NCBI GenBank assembly: GCA_002269645.1
Contig: NIVC01001448.1
Coordinates: 62,001 to 126,000, forward strand
Length of the DNA stretch: 64,000 nucleotides
From: Macrostomum lignano
Lineage: Eukaryota
Direction of reading: 5' to 3'
The notes below the pieces were generated by a model. It saw nothing but the letters and a program-made list of their open reading frames with translations, made no database searches and had not been told where the DNA came from. Shown here in pieces: positions 36,641-48,000 of the stretch. The position numbers and the translations under genes are program-made. Position 1 is the first letter of the stretch. The number at the start of each line of letters is the position of its first letter.

Positions 36641-39273
36641 GGCTTGAGAGCCGCCCGCTGACCGTCCGGTGAGTGGCTTGAGACTCCGGCTGCGTGGTCT
36701 CAGGAAATCGCCTCCAATCTCACTGAGAATCGCCTCCAATCTCACTGGGAATCGCCTCCAATCTCACTTGAAATGACCTCCAATCTCACTAGGGATCGCC
36801 TCCAATCTCACTGGAAATGACCTCCAATCTCACTTAGAATCGCCTCCAATCTCAATGGAAATCGCCTCCAATCTCACTGGAAATCGCGTCCAATCTCACT
36901 GGAAATCGCCTCCAATCTCACTGGAAATCGCCTCCAATCTCACTGGGAATCGTTTTCAATCTCACTGGGAATCGCCTCCAATCTCACTTGGAATCCCCTA
37001 ATCTCACTGGAAATTGCCTCCAATCTCACTGGGAATCGCTTCCAATCTCACTTGGAATGATCTCCAATCTCACTGGGAATCGCCTCCAATCTCACTTGGA
37101 ATCGCCTCTAATCTCACTGGGAATGACCCCCAATCTCACTGGAAATGACCTCTAATCTCGCTGGGAATCGCCTCCATAGCCATTAAAATCGCCCACCTAA
37201 GTCACTTCAAAGACCCCCATTGCACACCTTCAATTCCAGGTGCCACAATTCGCCATCAGTGCAGATGAACTCACTGGGCCACTCGTGCGCATCTCTGACT
37301 GATTTTGTTCATATTGGTTTACATTGAGTGCCGCATTGTGCTGCAGAATGCATTGCCAGATTCATCCAATCAGAAGCTGCATGCTATGCGCAATCATTCT
37401 TATCAAGTCTGTTTTGTAAATTCAGCGTGTCTTGGTGACCTGTGCTCAAGTCTATGTGGGTTGGGCTGCTCATGTGAGCAGAGCGGTTGCTATGGGCTCG
37501 AATCGGAGCCTGACACCCTGACATCCGCCTGACACCCTGGCATCCGCCTGACACCCTGACATCCCTATGACACCCTGACATCCGCCTGACACCCTGACAT
37601 CCGCTTGACACCCTGGCATCCGCCTGACACCCTGACGTCCGCTTGACACCCTGGCATCCGCCTTCCAAACCAACTGCATTCATTTTATTGTCCTGCGCCT
37701 TTTGTTATTTGTGCCTGTCTGTCTGTCTGTGTGTCTGTCCGTGTGTCTGCTGTCTGTCTGTGTGTTTGTCCGTGTGTCTGCTATTTGTCTTTGTGTCTGT
37801 CCGTGTGTCTGCTGTCTGTCTGTGTGTCTGTCCGTGTGTCTGCTGTCTGTCTGTGTCCGCAGTCCAAATCCCTCAATTCCCGGGCCGCAGGCAGCTCCCA
37901 GATTTTCTGCTCCCGCGCTTTTCCCGACGCTGCTCCGTCAGCGCCGTTTTTTCCAATGCGTTTTTGCTGACTTTTTGCATTCTCGAGGCCGGCAGTTTTT
38001 ATCTGTTCGATTTTTAATAAATTTGAAACTTTTTGTTTTACTATGCGACGGCTGCGTTTGACTTGCTTTGTCTTGGGCTGCGGGCTTCAGAACAGGTGTT
38101 ACAGTGAGTGCCTGTTAGACACAGGGTGTTACAGTGAGTGCCTGTTAAACACAGGGTGTTACAGTGAGTGCCTGTTATACACAGGGTGTTACAGTGAGTT
38201 GGTACCTGTTAGACACAGGGTGTTACAGTGTGTTGGTGCCTGTTAGACACAGGGTGTTACAGTGTGTTGGTGCCTGTTAGACACAGGGTGTTACAGTGAG
38301 TGCCTGTTAGACAAAGGGTGTTACAGTGAGTGCCTGTGGGACCCAGGGTGTTACACTCGCTGTCTAACACCCCAATACACGGTGCCACAGGCAGTTACTC
38401 AACAATATCAAGGCTGCATACCGCAGGTTACCAAAATACTGCACCATATTCTACTGTACCATCATCGTTACAATGATGAGTGCCTCCCAGTGTGAAGTCA
38501 CACTGACAGGCACTCGCAAACCCAACTGTACTGACTGTTGTATCGTACATCTCACTGTGACCATACAGTACTGAGTGCACTTTGATGCACTTTTACCTTG
38601 ATCTGTTTGTACTTTTACTGTGTGCATCGGTGTGCTGCCTCCAGCATGCTTAATATTTACGCTATTAAAGTACCTTAATTTATTACATTTTTCCTCAAAA
38701 AAGTAGTGTAAACTGCGACTGTACTACTTTATTCAGCCACCGACTGCCCACTTCAAATTGCGTTACCTACTGAAATAATATTGAATTCTGTGGTGTAAAA
38801 CAAAAACTATACTTAGTGTTACTCTGGAGTTCTACAATAGTTATTGATTAATAAATTACTAATGTTATGTAATACTACTTATTCAGTACATATGTACTTA
38901 AGGACTTAGCTTACTCATATATATCATATTTCCCAGTAATATTGAGAATTATTGCAGTGTATGACAATTGCACCTGCCAATGGCTGAAATTCAGGTTTAG
39001 ACTTATGCTGCGTTTCCCCGTCTCCCATCCTCTACTCAGCTTCCGGTTCCCCATCCGCTACTCAGCTTCCGCGGTTTACCATCCGCTACTCAGCTTCCGG
39101 TTCCCCATCCGCTACTCAGCTTCCGGTTCCCCATCCGCTACTCAACCTCTGGTTCCCCATCGCATACTCAGCATCCGTTACCCCATCCCCTACTCAGCTT
39201 CCGGTTCCCCAGCCAGCCAACCAGCCCCGCGGCCTCATTGCAGCGCTGAGCCCAGCATCCCAACTGCTTCATC

Positions 39274-40894
39274 ATGGTATTCGGCGGAGCTTCCGGTGGC
39301 AGCAGGCAGTCGGCGCTGGCGCCGCGCGATCCGAGCGACGAGGCGTTCCGCAAAATCTTCGTCGGCGGCCTCAGTCCCGACGTGAGCACCGACGGCCTGC
39401 GCGAGTACTTTGCCAAGTTCGGCGAAGTCACCGACTGCGTGGCGGTCAGGAACCCGGCCACTCAGCGGTCCAAGGGCTTCGGCTTCGTCACCTTCAAAGA
39501 CGCCGAGACCGTGAATGCGGTGCAGGCCAAGCGGCCCCACACCATTCAGGATAAGGAGGTGAGCGGAGCTCTGAGTAGCCCAGAAATGCCTCAGCTGCTC
39601 CCAGCCTCCCAGATGAAGCCTCAAATGCCTCACTCACGGCTGCTCCCAGCCTCCCAGATGAAGCCTCAAATGCCTCACTCACAGCTGCTCCCAGCCTCCC
39701 AGATGAAGCCTCAAATGCCTCACTCACGGCTGCTCCCAGCCTCCCAGATGAAGCCTCAAATGCCTCACTCACAGCTGCTCCTAGCCTCCCAGATGAAGCC
39801 TCGAATGCCTCACTCACGGCTGCACCCAGCCTCCCAGATGAAGCCTCCCAGATGAAGCCTCAAATGCCTCACTCACAGCTGCTCCTAGCCTCCCAGATGA
39901 AGCCTCGAATGCCTCACTCACGGCTGCACCCAGCCTCCCAGATGAAGCCTCAAATGCCTCACTCACGGCTGCTTCCAGCCTCCCAGATGAAGCGCCAAAT
40001 GCCTCACTTACGGCTGCTCCCAGCCTCCCAGATGAAGCCTCAAATGCCTCACTCACAGCTGCTCCCTGCCTCCCAGATGAAGCCTCAAATGCCTCACAGC
40101 TGCTCCCAGCCTCCCAGATGAAGCCTCAAATGCCTCACTCACAGCTGCTCCCAGCCTCCCAGATGAAGCCTCAAATGCCTCACTCACAGCTGCTCCCAGC
40201 CTCCCAGATGAAGCCTCAAATGCCTCACTCACGGCTGCTCCCAGCTTCCCAGATGAAGCCTCAAATGCCTCACTCACGGCTGCTCTCAGCCTCCCAGATG
40301 AAGCCTCAAATGCCTCACTCACGGCTGCTCCCCGCCCTCTCCCAGGTGGAGGTGAAGCGCGCGATGCCCCGTGACGAGGGCGACCGCCCGGAGTTCCGCG
40401 TCACCACCCCGAAGCTGTTCGTTGGCTCGCTGCCGAAGGACGCCACCGAGGACGAGATCCGCGAGCAGTTCGGCCAGTTCGGTGACATCGAGTCCGTTGA
40501 AATCGCCCGCGTCAAGGAGACGGGCGACAGTCGCGGCTTCGGCTTCGTGACCTTCTCCGACTACGACTCCGTTGACAAGGCGGTGCTGCACCGGCCGCAC
40601 CGAGTGAAGAACTGCGGTGTGGATGTGCGCAAGGGTCTCAGCCGCGAGGAGATGCAGCGGGTCCGCATGCGCCAGCAGCAGCAGCAGCAGCAGTTCCAGC
40701 AGCCCTACGGCTACCCGTACCAGCAGCAGGAAGCTGGAGGCTACGGCGGCTTCGCTGGAGGCTACGGCGGCGGCTACGGCGGCGGCTACGGGCCGCAAAT
40801 CGGGCGCGGCGGCTGGCGGGGGGTGCCGTACGCAGGCGGCTGGCAGCGAGGCGGCGGCGGCGGCTACCGAGGAGGTCGCGGCCGCGGCATTTGA
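39274..40894 (+). CDS. hnRNP A/B-like gene 2 copy 2; exons 39274-39558 and 40346-40894 (about 277 aa), intact RGG/YGG tail
   Basis: Same motifs as copy 1; ends GVPYAGGWQRGGGGGYRGGRGRGI*. Confidence 0.93.
39575..40340. repeat. 45-bp minisatellite filling the intron (787-nt intron versus 353 nt in copy 1)
   Basis: 15-aa MKPQMPHSRLLPASQ periodicity in spurious ORFs. Confidence 0.95.
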
Positions 40895-41614
40895 GGCCGG
40901 CTGAGCAGCTGCGGGTTTCGGCTGGGCCGGGCGGTGCTGAGCAGCCGACTGTCTCTCCTCTGACAGCCCAGCCGCCTGTGGCGCGGTGCACCGCTTTGTT
41001 AGAAACGCGGCGAGTCTCAAAGCCGGCCGTACCGGTCCCGGGCTTCTCCCACTGCCAGCTCTGTTTTTTATTCATATTTATAAGCGACTTGACCGGCTGT
41101 TCAAAGTGACGCCTCACCCTACTGGCAGTAGTATATCGTCTGCGTGTCTCTAATTATTATTATCCTTTGTTATAATCGCTGTTGTTTCAAGTGGCACCAA
41201 TTTAAACAGTTAATTGGGTTATCAGTTATCTGTAGGAATGCGAGCTGGTCAGTCAGCCTCTGCTAATCATCCGGCCCCATATTGATAATTTGCCCGCTTT
41301 GCCCTCCCTGCCCGCCTTGCAAACCCGCCGCCCCCGCCCAGGCCCGCCCGCAGCTGTTCTGTTGTTGCTGAGGTCCCGAGTTCGAGTCCCTCCGCCGCCG
41401 TCCCAGCTGCATGGACAATTTTGAGTCAGGCAGCGGCAGCGGCGGCTTCTGACCTTCCCTGTGCTTTTTTCTAACTGGTGTCAGAGCGGAAATACAATTT
41501 CTAAGAAACACCGCGGCTGCGCACCTGCGGCGCTCGCGGCTCCTCTGGGGCGCGAGTTTGGAGATAAAATGCTTTTTTGCCATGGCGACCTGCGGCTTTG
41601 TTACCTGCTTTTGA

Positions 41615-42440
41615 AGTGACTGTGAGCTGAGGACAGATTGGTGACTCACTCATTGGTGACTGTGAGCTGAGGCCAGATTGGTGACTCACTCACTCATTGG
41701 TGACTGTGAGCTGAGGCCACATTGGTGACTCACTCATTGGTGACTGTGAGCTGAGGCCAGAATGGTGACTCACTCATTGGTGACTGTGAACTGAGGCCAG
41801 ATTGGTGACTCACTCATTGATGACTGTGAGCTGAGGCCATATTGGTGACTCACTCATTGGTGAATGTGAGCTGGAGCCACATTGGTGACTCACTCATTGG
41901 TGACTGTGAGCTGAGGCCAGATTGGTGACTCACTCATTGGTGACTGTGAGCTGAGGCCAGATTGGTGACTCACTCATTGGTGACTGTGAGCTGAGGCCAC
42001 ATTGGTGACTCACTCATTGGTGAATGTGAGCTGGAGCCACATTGGTGACTCACTCATTGGTGAATGTGAGCTGGAGCCACATTGGTGACTCACTCATTGA
42101 TGACTGTGAGCTGAGGCCAGATTGGTGACTCACTCATTGGTGACTGTGAGCTGAGGCCACATTGGTGACTCACTCATTGGTGAATGTGAGCTGGAGCCAC
42201 ATTGGTGACTCACTCATTGGTGACTGTGAGCTGAGGCCAGATTGGTGACTCACTCATTGGTGACTGTGAGCTGGAGCCACATTGGTGACTCACTCATTGG
42301 TGACTGAGCTGAGGCCACATTGGTGACTCACTCATTGGTGACTGTGAGCTGAGGCCAGATTGGTGACTCACTCATAGGTGACTGTGAGCTGAGGCCAGAT
42401 TGGTGACTCACTCATAGGTGACTGTGAGCTGAGGCCAGAT
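41615..42440. repeat. 40-bp minisatellite, about 20 copies
   Basis: Same unit as 21580-22030. Confidence 0.95.
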
Positions 42441-43259
42441 TCAGTCTGGTGAAAGAGTCTTCAGTGTGTCGAATTTTACTCAAGGTTGGCAGAGAATTTA
42501 TTAAAGTGACCGCAAAGCTTTGTGTTTGAAAAATATCAGGCAAAACATGCGAGCAAGGATCCGTGTCTCTGGTCTGCGAAATGTCCCGTGGGAAAATACG
42601 CTCCCACGTGTCACGCAGGGGCTATCGGTTGACAAGCTTAGCAGATCGGATTTCACGTTTTCGTAATAATTCTGGTCTAAATACCAGCAAGTCTTGCAGC
42701 CAGACGTTGGCGAGCTTCTACGGCTCGTATTATGAGTGCAGCGCCTTTTTTAATCAGTGGTAGATTGTGTACAGTGTATATGATTTTTGAGGTAGACAAT
42801 CATTAATTATTTACAGTGGCGAAGCTCTAGTGAATACGAAGATCTAGTGAAATGACAACGCCGTTGCATGGAAACTTCTACGGCAGCGACCTATATATTT
42901 TGACACGATATTATAAAGATAAAAGGGACTAAAAACGCAAAGTAACAATTGTAGAAGTGATGAGTATGAGTACGCGACAGTGTACGCACAAGCGAAAGTA
43001 CAGAGAGGAGATAAAATAGCCAGAGCAGCGCAACCCGAAAACACACAACCCAACACAGCACCAACACCCAAGACACTCGTGACACACGCCACAACAAAAA
43101 CCACATGCACAAGCACAAGCGTTGATTAATTAGCCAACAGCGTGAGACAATGATTATGAGCTGTTTGAGTAGCGACTGGCTTTGCCACAACTGAGCGGCT
43201 TCCCATGATTACGAATTTGGTTCCGGAGTAGCACTGCGTCTCATTGTAGGACTCAATTC

Positions 43260-43460
43260 AGTCACTGAGTGTTCATGAGGGAGCTGTCAGTCACTGAATG
43301 TTCATGAGGGAGCTGTCAGGCTGTCAGTCACTGAATGTTCATGAGGGAGCTGTCAGTCACTGAATGTTCATGAGGGAGCTGTCAGGCTGTCAGTCACTGA
43401 ATGTTCATGAGGGAGCTGTCAGTCACTGAATGTTCATGAGGGAGCTGTCAGGCTGTCAGT
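43260..43460. repeat. 37-bp satellite family array (further arrays at 33650-33850 and 44095-44290)
   Basis: Same unit as 23865-24315, some 29-bp shortened units. Confidence 0.9.
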
Positions 43461-44293
43461 CATTGCCGGAGTATGCAATATTTTAAATCATCAAAGTACA
43501 TTTAATACAGTATATTCATTAGGAACATGTACAGTACAGTAAAATTTCTCAAACAGCTCGCGCAAAAGCCAGTTAAGTTTAAAAAGTTAAACATGTAAAT
43601 ATTTAAAATGAACATTTTTGATTTAAAAACAAAATTTATTAAAAAGGCGGAGAGGCTTACAAAATTCCGAGTTCAACTCAAGCTGCTGCATCAAGTCTCT
43701 CCAGCTGGCTGCTGGCTGAGGAGGTGCCGGCTGACCTTTGATGCTATTGTGACCTTGCAGCCTTTTATGTACTTTTATTCTTGTCTTCAGGGATTTTGCA
43801 GGTGATTCACTGTAGGATTCTCATTTTGTATTTAGGAATTTACTTTTGTTAACTCAAAATCATGAAAGCTCTTAGCACGCGGCAGTTTGAAGGCAGCATT
43901 GAGGGGCAGAAAGCACAGAGGGTAAGATCGAGAACTGAGGCACGAACTCTTCCATTATTTTCAAATTTGTGTGTTAACTGAAAAAAGCAAGCAAACAGAC
44001 TACAAATGTATTTTAGCAAAGTAACAAAATGATGAATTGCAAATTGGGGAATTTTATCATTTCGTCGATATCTGACGAGCTGAGGGTGGGATTTCATGAG
44101 GGAGCTGTCAGGCTGTCAGTCACTGAGTGTTCATGAGGGAGCTGTCAGGCTGTCAGTCACTGAATGTTTATGAGGGAGCTGTCAGGCTGTCAGTCAGTGA
44201 ATGTTCATGAGGGGCTGTCAGGCTGTCAGTCACTGAATGTTCATTAGGGAGCTGTCAGGCTGTCAGTCACTGAATGTTCATGAGAAGCTGTCA

Positions 44294-44513
44294 GGGGGAC
44301 GCTTTCATAAAACATAAATTTCACAACGCCTAAATTTAATAACGCCTAAACCCAAAAATGCAGCGTCCTTCACATCGCCTAAATCTCAAAACGCCTAAAA
44401 TTTTTGCTAATTAAAAATTTTAATGTTTTGAAATTTAGGCGATATGAAATTTAGGCGTTGTGAAGTCATGTGCTTTAGGCATTGTGAAATTTAAGCCTTA
44501 GAAAGCGCCCCCC
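44294..44513. mobile_element. 220-bp MITE, duplicate of 33854-34073
   Basis: Identical TIRs and TSD at offset 10440. Confidence 0.85.
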
Positions 44514-45083
44514 TGTCAGGCTGTCAGTCACTGAAGGGTACATGAGTACCTGATGAAAGTACATAAAATTAATTTGCAGACTGATTGAGCTGAATTTATG
44601 AGCAGGTACTTAAATAATCAGGGAGCATGTACACACAGCATTTTAAGCTATCAAAGAACATCTAAAATATTTATCAGTAACATATGCAGTAAAAGTTTCT
44701 CGAAAAGCCCCCCAAATCCAGAAAACCTTTAAAAATTACGAGTTCAACTCAAGCTGCTGCATCAAGTCTCTCCAGCTTCTCCCTGACCCAACAGACCTTT
44801 GAATTTTCCAGGTTCATGCAGATAACTGCTACCTGTGCATTTGGCTTGAATATTTCATTAAACAGCAGTGGCAATTGGGTATTGAAGTCCGCAAAACAAA
44901 ATCGCAGAGAAAAGCCCGCATCAAAGCAGACACGCAGTTTGAAGGGAAAAAGCTATTCAGCATGCAGTGTGAATTGAATCGCAGCAAAAATGTACAAAAC
45001 TGCAGTTCATAGCATGAGGGCTGCTCGCACTCCATTCCATTTCCAGAGTAAATTGTATTCGCAACGAAAATAGCACCAGGCAG

Positions 45084-48000
45084 TCAGTCTGACTCGGCCT
45101 TCCTTTTACGACCTCGACTTTGCGACTCGACTTTGAGGACTCCGGATGCTGCATCAAGTCCCTCCAGCTTCTGCCTGACCCAGCCGATCTTCTCCTCGTC
45201 CTGCGTCTCCATGGCGACGCGTCTCTCTTTCTCGATCATCTCCATCTGCTGCAGGCTGAGCTCCACGTGCTCGCGGCAGTCGCTGTAGTGAGCCAGAGTG
45301 AGCAGCTCCTCCAAGTCCGGGTCTCCAAGCAGCTGTTCAATCCAATGATCGAATGCAATTGCAGGTGCGCGATTGCGGAGCAGCTCAGCTTGGAGACTCC
45401 AGCTCAGGCAGCGGAAGTTCACGTACAGGTGGGAGGAGAGAGGCTGCGACAGTCTGGCTGTGAACAGAGTCTGCGTGAACTCGGGAAGGAATGGGAAGCG
45501 AGGCGGAGAGTCGCAGGGGAGGCAGAACCTCCACGCCCAGTCTGAGTCTTCTGGCAATTCAGTTTCGCTTAAGGCTGTCACTTGAATATCCTGTGGCTTC
45601 AACCCTGACTTAACCTGATGTCTCTGCAGCTCCATCGCGAGTCTCTCAGCCTCCTCAGATTCTCCGAACTTCAAATGCGCCATGGCGGTCATGCACAGGG
45701 CGGCGCACTTGCACCACTGCAGCTCATGCAGAAGACTGAGCTGCCTCATCAGGGTGTCTCTGTCGCTCGATTCCGACTGCAGCTCGCTCACACACTGGTG
45801 CATCACACTGTACACGTCTGCAAACTTGAAGTAATAAAACTCTGACCAATAAGTTCCTTTCCTGATCTCCATGTCAGCAGGCGGCGCTGTCAGAGGCAGC
45901 AGAGTGAACGGGTGAAAGTAGAACTTCTCTGACTGCAGAGGTCTCACGAGTCTCCTCAGCTGCTCGACCACTCCGCCGATGTCGCTTCTCAGCTCACAAA
46001 GTCGGTCTCGAACCCTCGCCTTCGTGTTGTCGAAGTCGCCGCCGATTCCAGCGTTCTTGAAGTAGAGCGGAGCGTCGGGCATGAAGAAGTGCGGCATGCA
46101 CTCATCGGGCGAGCTGCTCGAGTCGATAAAGCTCAGCATCATGTCGAGAGACTCTTTGAGTAGAGTGATCAGATTGTGGGGCTGCCAAGCTTCAGCTTTA
46201 GTAGCGCCATGAATTCCAAGCGGGATCCACCATGCTTCAGCTTTCGGATCTGTGCCATGCTTCTCCAGCATGAAGAATAGCAGAGTCTTTGCATGGTAGG
46301 TCTTGAGTCCAGGTGTGTCCAGAGTGAGCGGCAAGTGTCTCTTGAAGATGAACTTGGTGAGTGTGAACAGCTGGCCCTGGACTGTGCTCAGGTCTCTCAT
46401 GATGTGTTTCTCTTGGAAGCTGAAGCTCACTCTGAGCTCGTTGGTCTTACTCGGTCTGGTCGCTCGCACGAGGTGAACAAGATCGCTGTATCCAAGCAGT
46501 TGTTTCACTCTGTTTTTACAGAAACTGCTGCAGCACTCGATCGCATGGCACGTGTCTTGTGCAGGCCGCACACCGCACGCCGTGGCTGTCACTGCAGGTT
46601 GGCTGCCTGCAGAGCGCAGTGAGAGGAGAGTCGCTTTGTTAAATTCGTTAAAATGCTTGTAGAGAGTTATTAGACCATACCGTAATGCTCTACTTAAAGT
46701 AATATTCTAAGGAAGTCAATTTCTTTCAATATGAGTCATATCTATTTTAGGAATCACGCGCAAACAGAATGATTTAGAACCCTACATTGTTTGATCAAGG
46801 AACCGGATTTCAACAGCTGTATTTGTTTTTCTATGGTAATGCTCAAACATGCATGACCGCTTAATCAAACATTTTTGACCTAAGTAAATACCCAATCCCA
46901 AACCGGTTTTTCTCCAAAATTTTGCTATAAATATAAGTCAACATTCGAGTCAAAAATTCAGACTCAGGGCGGTCTCTAAGAAGACTCCGAAGAAATAAGA
47001 AGACCAATCACAGAGGGACCACACCTGTCCAATTGGTAAGCGTTTACCCGATTTAGTTAATTGTTAATAGCGCTAATAAGTTGATTAATTGAGTATACGA
47101 GAGCCACTTATCGCTCGACACATTTGAGAAAGGCCTCCTTGTTTCCTAGGATACATTCGTAGAGGATTTATTGAATTGAATTGAGTTATCCGTTACGTTT
47201 CGGACGTAACGAAGAAGACGCCCTTCAGGAGGACCTATCACAGAAAGTTAGAGGATTCAATTGTTCATAAGGGCGCACGTTCTACTGTTAATTCCGAGCT
47301 CGAGGACCGTCAAGAAATTCTGATTCGCTCTCGTTTTTGGTCGACCCACAGATAAAAGTCAAGGACTCAAGAAGACTACTCCAAATCGGCCGCTACTACC
47401 GTTCAACCAAGTCAGGCAGAGTCACACACCCACCGCAAGAACCAGAAGCCTACCAACCACAAGAGGATCCGCTGCAGTAAGTTATTTGAACTGGTAAATA
47501 CCTAGGCACTTGTTCCCCAGTGTCTAGAAGTGGGAGTTTTTGAGTGACTGATCACCACTCTTAAACTCTTCATGCTTGCAGGGGCACCGCTATGGAGCTG
47601 ATGATGGGCCGAGAAAGAGAAAAATTATTTTACGCTTCTACTTTCTCTCAGCTCAGGTTTTAACGTATCGCGTTTTGTAGACATGAGTATAATATAACGC
47701 GCCCTCACAAAATTCTACATTGATGCCCCGCAAAAAGTAATGTTTATATTATTGTCATTAATGCAAGAGATTTCCGGGCATCAATGTCGAAAATTCCGGG
47801 CTCTGTGTTATTACACAGAATGCAGTTGAAATGTCTATGGCCATTCTTTCTTTTGATTTGCGAGCTCTGGGCCATAGACGAAGTTTTGATGGTCCAGGTC
47901 TAGAGATGGACAGTAAAACTGAAGGAGCTAGAAAAATGCTAAATGTATATTTTTTCAAATCTATTTGATATTTTTCAAATCTGTCAGGACTAAGCTGTGC

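Larger units (their letters stand above)
31255..42440. repeat. segmental duplication copy 2 of the hnRNP pair block, with an internal insertion at 32990-35428
   Basis: Collinear with 13650-22030; only scattered SNPs and satellite copy-number differences. Confidence 0.95.

Noticed and set aside
47185-47230. Hammerhead/Penelope-like motif on the minus strand (CTGAAG..GAAAC)
   Set aside because: A9 is G, stem II does not pair in register and the GUC site is in the wrong topology.
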